A stretch of DNA of 64,000 bases from Basidiobolus meristosporus CBS 931.73 (Eukaryota > Fungi > Basidiobolomycota). The notes below the pieces were generated by a model. That model was not told the DNA's origin. It made no database searches and was given only the letters and a program-made list of their open reading frames with translations. The stretch spans positions 1 to 64,000 of the forward strand of contig MCFE01000215.1 in NCBI GenBank assembly GCA_002104905.1, in the 5' to 3' direction. Of this stretch, positions 57,395 to 64,000 are shown piece after piece (within the stretch, counting starts at the first letter, position 1; the number at the start of each line of letters is the position of its first letter). Made by a program: the position numbers and the translations under genes.

Positions 57395-60300
57395 ATGTCT
57401 ACTACTGCTATTACTGGAATTTTTCCCTCTGCTGAAAAGTTGGATGGATCTAACTACCAAGTGTGGAAGGTGAAGATGAAGATGCTGCTACAAGAAAGAG
57501 GCCTTTGGGATATTGTCATGGGAGAAGAATGCCCTCCTAAAAACGTGGGAGAGGAAGCCTTAAAGTACCAGAAGAAAGAACAAAGTGCCTTTAACTGCAT
57601 TTGCCTTAATGTCAAGGACAAATTGCTAATTCAATGCTCAAGAGCAAAAACGGCAAAGAATGCCTGGAAGGCATTAGAAGACACCTACCAGTCATGTTCA
57701 GCTGCCAAGAAAATGTATCTGAGAAGAAAATTCTTTACTACAAAGATGCTGCCAGGAGAAGAAATGAAAAATCTAATTAACAGAATTACCCTGCTGGTAG
57801 ATGAGATGGAATCTGTGGGCGTACCAACTACTGATGAGGATGTGATAGTTACCATCCTGAATAGCCTGACAGACGAGTTTCAGGGCCTTGTATCAGCCCT
57901 AGAGTCCAGAACTGAAGATTTGACCTTAAATTACGTATATGGAAGGCTCCTGGATGAAGAATTAAGAAAATCAAGCGCTAATAAGAAGGAAGAAGAAAAT
58001 GCTTTAATAAGCAATGATAGCCAACAAAGGAGATACCCAAGACCCTACAAAGGCAACAGCAACCTGTTTTGTAGCTACTGCAAAAGGAAAGGACACACAT
58101 CAGACCGGTGTCTCAAAAAGAAAGATAATCAGCAAAAGAAGCCTGAATATGGAAATGCTGCAACAACTGAAGATAGACTATTCATATCTGCACTAAATAT
58201 GACCACAAACAAGGATTCTCAGACGTGGTATATTGACTCTGGAGCTTCTCAACACTTTACACACCAAAAAGAACTTTTTACCCAATATCAAGAAATTCCA
58301 ATTAAGAAGGTTTTCATGGGTGACGATAGAACACTTGATGCAGTGGGAGAAGGAACTATCCAAGTAAACCTTAGAAGCAGTGAAGGAAGCCATACACTGA
58401 CCTTTAAAGAAGTACTCTATGTACCAGAAATAGCCAAGAACCTACTCTCTGTAAGCAAGGCCACAGCAGAAGGACTCAGTCTCAGTTTTGACAATTCTGG
58501 ATGCAGGATCACTGATCAAAATGGTGCCCATATTGCTTCGGGCATCAGAGATCAGAATCTATACAAGTTGACTTATATTCCATCATATTTGGAAGCCAAT
58601 ATAAGTAACTTAAATGAAGAAACACCAATGCTTTGGCACAGGAGATTTGGACACATCAATTTTGATTATTTGCGTAAAATGATCAAAGATCAGCTAATTT
58701 CTGGAGTGAAAATTGATCCCCCAGCTAATTTGGAGCACTGTGAAGCCTGCATATATGGGAAACAAGCCAGACAACCGTTCAAGAGCTCTGGGTTAATCAA
58801 AACTAAGAAAAAATTAGATCTAATTCACTCAGATCTGTGTGGACCTATGCAAAATTTATCCTTAGGCGGGATGAAGTATTTAATCACTTTTATTGATGAT
58901 TATACAAGATACACATGGGTCTACTTCATGGAGAGAAAGGAAGAAGCTCTGTCTAAGCTCAGGGAGTTTAAAGCCATGGTGGAGAGAGAAACTGGTGAAA
59001 AAATCAAGAAAATACGCTCTGACAATGGTGGAGAATATACCTCAAAACTCTTCATCCACTTCTGCAAAATTCATGGGATAAAGCAAGAGACTACTGTACC
59101 ATACTCCCCACAGCAAAATGGAGTAGCAGAACGAGCTAACAGATCAATAATTGATATGGCAAGATCTATGATCCATGATCAAAAATTATCCTATGATTTT
59201 TGGGCGGAATCAGTTGCCACTGCTGTATACCTTAAAAATAGGAGTTATAACAGAATACTTCGTGATTCTACTCCATTTGAAGCATGGTATGGATACAGAC
59301 CAAGTGCAGAACATCTAAGAATATTTGGGTGTACAGCATATGCCAAAAAACTGGCCGGAAATCAGTCAAAATTTGAGCCAAAAAGTGTAAAATGCATATT
59401 TTTGGGCTACTGCAATGAGAGTAAGGCATACAGACTCTACAATACCGAAGCAAAGAAGCTTATCAAGTCCAGGGATGTGTTGTTTGATGAAAATTCAAAA
59501 TTTTCACAAAAAATGACATCAGATGATGACGAAAATTTGATCTCAAGTCCACCAATTGTCAGGATTGAATCAGAGCAAAACAATGAAAATTTTTTCACTC
59601 CAGAGGACTCTACAACCGTGGTTCAGCCAGAATCAGTGCCCAGGAATATCCCAGAAGTGATCATTCCAGTATCAAATGCCCGGAGATCCAATTGGACAAG
59701 AAATAGCCCAAATTACTATATCAATGAGGGTACAAACTTAGCCTATGCCTATTCAGTCCATGTTGATGAACCCCAGACTGTAAAAGAGGCCCTAAATAGC
59801 CCTCAGACAAAGTTTTGGAGATCTGCAATGACTGAGGAATATCAGGCACTGATGGAAAATCAAACTTGGGACTTAGTCAAATTACCAATCAACCGAAAAT
59901 CAATTGGATGCAGATGGGTCTTCAAGACAAAATACAAGGCTGATGGTACAATTGAAAGATACAAAGCAAGACTTGTAGCCAAAGGATACTCTCAAACAAA
60001 AGGACTTGACTATACTGAGACCTTTGCACCGGTAGCCAAGTTTAATTCCATCAGATTAATATTGGCTATTGCAGCCAAATATAAGTTTTTTATTCATCAA
60101 ATGGATGTAAAAACTGCATTTTTGAATGGAGAACTTGATGAGGACGTGTATATGGACCAGCCTGATGGGTTTGTTGACCAAGATAACCCCCATTTGGTCT
60201 GCAAGCTTAAAAAGTCACTATATGGTCTCAAACAATCACCAAGAGCCTGGAATTGCAAGATAGATTCTTATTTGGAATCTTTGAGTTTCAAAAGGAGTAA

Positions 60301-61339
60301 TGCTGACTATAGTATATACTATAAGCCAGATAGAGCAAATCCAGTTCTATTAGCTCTATATGTGGATGATCTTATTATAGCCGCCAATAACCTAGAAACA
60401 TTGGAAGAGACTAAATCCAGCCTATCTAAGGAGTTCAAGATGTCCGATCTAGGAGAACTTAGTTACTACTTAGGGATTAAGTTCTCCATAGACAGAAGTA
60501 CCCAGACTATTACCCTAAGCCAATCCAAGTATATTCAAGATATACTAAAGAAGTACAAAATGGAAGACTGTAAACCGGCAGCTACCCCAATGGAGACAAA
60601 CCTTAACTTGGTCAAAACTCAACCAAATCAAGAGAGCTTGGTGCCATCTGAAAGCCCTGACTTTCCTTATCAATCTATGGTCGGCAGTCTGATGTATATC
60701 ATGCTTGGAACACGTCCAGATATCTCATATTCAGTGGGAGTTGTCAGCCAACATAATCAGAATTATGGATCTGATCATATTGCAGCAGTTAAGCGGATTT
60801 TTAGATACCTAAAAGGAACTGCTGATATCTGCTTAAGATACACTTATAAGGATTCAGAACAGGATCTTGTGGGATACTCTGATGCTGATTGGGGACAAAA
60901 TTTAGAAGACAGAAGATCCACCACAGGATACACCTTTCTTTACTGTAAAGGAGCAATTTCATGGAATTCAAGAAAGCAACCAACCGTAGCACTTTCTACT
61001 ACAGAGGCAGAGTATATGGCAGCCTGTGAAGCTACAAAAGAAGCAATGTGGTTAAGAAAGCTCTTTACAGATTTAGGCCTATGTCAAAAAACGCCTATTA
61101 CTTTATTTCAAGATAATCAAGGATGTATACAATTAGGTAGAAATCCAACTTTTCATGCTAGAACCAAGCACATAGATATTAGACATCATTTCATACGTGA
61201 AGCTATAGAGAATAACTTAGTTAGCTTAGTTTACTGTCCTACAGATGAAATGATTGCAGACATATTTACCAAACCATTAGCTAGAGACAAGTTTGAATAT
61301 CTTAGGTCAAAATTAGGACTAGTCAGTATGAACATTTAG
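57395..61339 (+). CDS. Copia Gag-Pol polyprotein (single frame)
   Basis: Zn knuckle CSYCKRKGHTSDRC, protease DSGA, LWHRRFGH, integrase HSDLCGP/DNGGEY/GVAER, RT QMDVKTAFLNG/YVDD, RNase H. Likely start is MSTTAIT at 57395. Confidence 0.96.
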   Translation: MSTTAITGIFPSAEKLDGSNYQVWKVKMKMLLQERGLWDIVMGEECPPKNVGEEALKYQKKEQSAFNCICLNVKDKLLIQCSRAKTAKNAWKALEDTYQSCSAAKKMYLRRKFFTTKMLPGEEMKNLINRITLLVDEMESVGVPTTDEDVIVTILNSLTDEFQGLVSALESRTEDLTLNYVYGRLLDEELRKSSANKKEEENALISNDSQQRRYPRPYKGNSNLFCSYCKRKGHTSDRCLKKKDNQQKKPEYGNAATTEDRLFISALNMTTNKDSQTWYIDSGASQHFTHQKELFTQYQEIPIKKVFMGDDRTLDAVGEGTIQVNLRSSEGSHTLTFKEVLYVPEIAKNLLSVSKATAEGLSLSFDNSGCRITDQNGAHIASGIRDQNLYKLTYIPSYLEANISNLNEETPMLWHRRFGHINFDYLRKMIKDQLISGVKIDPPANLEHCEACIYGKQARQPFKSSGLIKTKKKLDLIHSDLCGPMQNLSLGGMKYLITFIDDYTRYTWVYFMERKEEALSKLREFKAMVERETGEKIKKIRSDNGGEYTSKLFIHFCKIHGIKQETTVPYSPQQNGVAERANRSIIDMARSMIHDQKLSYDFWAESVATAVYLKNRSYNRILRDSTPFEAWYGYRPSAEHLRIFGCTAYAKKLAGNQSKFEPKSVKCIFLGYCNESKAYRLYNTEAKKLIKSRDVLFDENSKFSQKMTSDDDENLISSPPIVRIESEQNNENFFTPEDSTTVVQPESVPRNIPEVIIPVSNARRSNWTRNSPNYYINEGTNLAYAYSVHVDEPQTVKEALNSPQTKFWRSAMTEEYQALMENQTWDLVKLPINRKSIGCRWVFKTKYKADGTIERYKARLVAKGYSQTKGLDYTETFAPVAKFNSIRLILAIAAKYKFFIHQMDVKTAFLNGELDEDVYMDQPDGFVDQDNPHLVCKLKKSLYGLKQSPRAWNCKIDSYLESLSFKRSNADYSIYYKPDRANPVLLALYVDDLIIAANNLETLEETKSSLSKEFKMSDLGELSYYLGIKFSIDRSTQTITLSQSKYIQDILKKYKMEDCKPAATPMETNLNLVKTQPNQESLVPSESPDFPYQSMVGSLMYIMLGTRPDISYSVGVVSQHNQNYGSDHIAAVKRIFRYLKGTADICLRYTYKDSEQDLVGYSDADWGQNLEDRRSTTGYTFLYCKGAISWNSRKQPTVALSTTEAEYMAACEATKEAMWLRKLFTDLGLCQKTPITLFQDNQGCIQLGRNPTFHARTKHIDIRHHFIREAIENNLVSLVYCPTDEMIADIFTKPLARDKFEYLRSKLGLVSMNI

Positions 61340-61815
61340 CTGAGTGGGAGTGTTGTAAAAATTCGTATTTCCACCTAAATATTCACCTAACTTAGTCACT
61401 TAGATCATCACCTTCAAATCCTAGAGAATACTGACCAAATTCCTTGTCGGGATTTACTTAGAATATTTTCACCAAAATACCAGGTACCCAGAACATGAAA
61501 ATTCTCAAAGTTGTCCAAACAGCCCCAAACTTTGCACACATGTTCTTGGGACCTTCCTTAACCTATTCTACGTGTTTGTAATGCCAAGACCATGTAAAAG
61601 TATAAATACTACTTTTACATTCAATAAATCATTAAGTGAAAACCACATAATCTACTTGTTCTCCCAATCACTTCCAATATCTCCAAGACTCTTACAACAG
61701 ATTTACAGTCTTCCATTTGGTACTTTATTTAGTATATCTTTAATATACTTGGATTGCTTAGTGAGTGATAGTCTGAGTACTTCTGTCTATGGAGAACTTA
61801 ATACTAACTAGTAAC

Positions 61816-64000
61816 TGTTGTAAAAACTTGTAATTATCACCTAAATATTCACCTAACTTAGTCACTTAGATCATTACCTTCAATCCTAGAGAATACTGAC
61901 CAAATTCCTTGTTGGGATTTACTTAGAATATTTTCACCAAAATACCAGGTACCCAGAACATGAAAATTCTCAAAGTGTCCAAACAGCCCCAAACTTTGCA
62001 CACATGCTCTTGGGACCTTCCTTAACCTATTCTACGTGTTTGTTATGCCAAGACCATGTAAAAGTATAAATACTACTTTTACATTCAATAAATCATTAAG
62101 TGAAACCACATAATCTACTTGTTCTCCCAATCACTTCCAATATCTCCAAGACTCTTACAACAGGTTATGAGCCCCAAGCTGTCACTCTCTGCAATGTCTA
62201 CTACTGCTATTACTGGAATTTTCCCTCTGCTGAAAAGTTGGATGGATCTAACTACCAAGTGTGGAAGGTGAAGATGAAGATGCTGCTACAAGAAAGAGGC
62301 CTTTGGGATATTGTCATGGGAGAAGAATGCCCTCCTAAAAACGTGGGAGAGGAAGCCTTAAAGTACCAGAAGAAAGAACAAAGTGCCTTTAACTGCATTT
62401 GCCTTAATGTCAAGGACAAATTGCTAATTCAATGCTCAAGAGCAAAAATGGCAAAGAATGCCTGGAAGGCATTAGAAGACACCTACCAGTCATGTTCAGC
62501 TGCTAAGAAAATGTATCTGAGACAAAAATTCTTTACTACAAAGATGCTGCCAGGAGAAGAAATGAAAAATCTAATTAACAGAATTACCCTGCTGGTAGAT
62601 GAGATGGAATCTGTGGGCGTACCAACTACTGATGAGGATGTGATAGTTACCATCCTGAATAGCCTGACAGACAGGTTTCAGGGCCTTGTATCAGCCCTAG
62701 AGTCCAGAACTGAAGATTTGACCTTAATTACATATATGGAAGGCTCCTGGATGAAGAATTAAGAAAATCAAGCGCCAATAAGAAGGAAGAAGAAAATGCT
62801 TAATAAGCAATGATAACCAACAAAGGAGGTACCCAAGACCCTACAAAGGCAACAGCAACCTGTTTTGCAACTACTGCAAAAGGAAAGGACACACATCAGA
62901 CCAGTGTCTCAAAAAGAGAGATAATCAGCAAAAGAAGCCTGAATATGGAAATGCTGCAACAACTGAAGATAGACTATTCATATCTGCACTAAATATGACC
63001 ACAAACAAGGATTCTCAGACGTGGTATATTGACTCTGGAGCATCTCAACACTTTACACACCAAAAAGAACTTTTTACCCAATATCAAGAAATTCCAATTA
63101 AGAAGGTTTTCATGGGTGACAATAGAACACTTGATGCAGTGGGAGAAGGAACTATCCAAGTAAACCTTAGAAGCAGTGAAGGAAGCCATACACTGACCTT
63201 TAAAGAAGTACTCTATGTACCAGAAATAGCCAAGAACCTACTATCTGTAAGCAAGGCCACAGCAGAAGGACTCAGTTTCAGTTTTGACAATTCTGGATGC
63301 AGGATCACTGATCAAAATGGTGCTCATATTGCTTTGGGTATCAGAGATCAGAATCTATACAAGTTGACTTATATTCCATCATATCTGGAAGCCAATATAA
63401 GTAACTTAAATGAAGAAACACCAATGCTTTGGCACAGGAGATTTGGGCACATCAATTTTGATTATTTGCGTAAAATGATCAAAGATCAGCTAATTTCTGG
63501 AGTGAAAATTGAATCTCCCAGCTAATTTGGAGCACTGTGAAGCCTGCATATATGGGAAACAAGCCAGACAACCATTCAAGAGCTCTGGGTTAATCAAAAC
63601 TAAGAAAAAATTAGATCTAATTCACTCAGATCTGTGTGGACCTATGCAAAATATATCCTTAGGCAGGATGAAGTATTTAATCACTTTATTGATGATTATA
63701 CAAGATACACATGGGTCTACTTCATGGAGAGAAAGGAAAGAAGCTCTGTCTAAGTTCAGGGAGCTTAAAGCCATGGTAGAGAGAGAAACTGGTGAAAAAA
63801 TCAAGAAAATAGCTCTGACAATGGTGGAGAATATACCTCAAAACTCTTCATCCACTTCTGCAAAATTCATGAGATAAAGCAAGAGACTACTGTACCATAC
63901 TCCCCACAGCAAAATGGAGTAGCAGAACATGCTAACAGATCAACAATTGATATGGCAAGATCTATGATCCATGATCAAAATTATCCTATGATTTTCAGGC
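61816..64000 (+). mobile_element. Third Copia copy (5' LTR 61816-62162, PBS, frameshifted gag-protease-integrase), runs off the window
   Basis: High identity to 57014-59200 but broken into several ORFs. Inserted into the antisense copy immediately after GTAAC (61811-61815). Confidence 0.93.

Larger units (their letters stand above)
57014..61699 (+). mobile_element. Intact full-length Ty1/Copia LTR retrotransposon
   Basis: 5' LTR 57014-57363 and 3' LTR 61351-61699 appear to differ by one T in a homopolymer. TGTTGTAA/TTACAACA ends, PBS 57364-57375, PPT 61341-61350, imperfect TSD GTTTA / G-ATTTA. Confidence 0.97.
55888..61815 (-). mobile_element. Older antisense Copia copy (3' LTR 55888-56234, PPT, frameshifted RT/RNase H at 56245-57013 and 61700-61815), split by the intact element
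   Basis: Sequence left of 57014 (..GGGGTAGCTGCCAGTTTA) and right of 61699 (GATTTACAGTCTTCCAT..) are contiguous in the reverse complement of pol (MEDCKPAATPM). Confidence 0.9.

Overview
Eukaryotic genomic DNA from a fungus. Short 53-110 nt GT..AG introns, FUBI-less RPS30, SANT-less zuotin, Integrator subunit 11, WS/DGAT and CBM19-type modules suggest an early-diverging lineage (Zoopagomycota/Mucoromycota-like); this is inference, not an identification. The core (6.7-54.6 kb) is gene-dense, with about 28 mostly housekeeping genes, several divergent gene pairs and two tRNAs (Arg-CCG, Thr-CGT). Both ends carry Ty1/Copia debris from one family with a ~349-bp LTR. The right end holds an intact, very young element (57014-61699) nested inside an older antisense copy, next to a third copy. 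The six-frame track misses several real genes because they are spliced or run off the edge: a secreted Gly/Asn/Tyr repeat protein (1290 to <1, minus strand), RPS30, a glutaredoxin-fold protein and a Copia-truncated Yip1-family pseudogene. Best candidates for undescribed biology are (i) the silk/resilin-like secreted GAGAY[DG]SG repeat protein, (ii) a tandem pair of 52/57-aa microproteins with shared motifs, (iii) a predicted mitochondrial five-RanBP2-zinc-finger protein near a very large PPR protein, (iv) a six-fold Hsp70-tail-like KPLIEE repeat on SHQ1, and (v) a CpG-loss signature confined to repeats. No database searches were run; all calls come from manual reading and translation.
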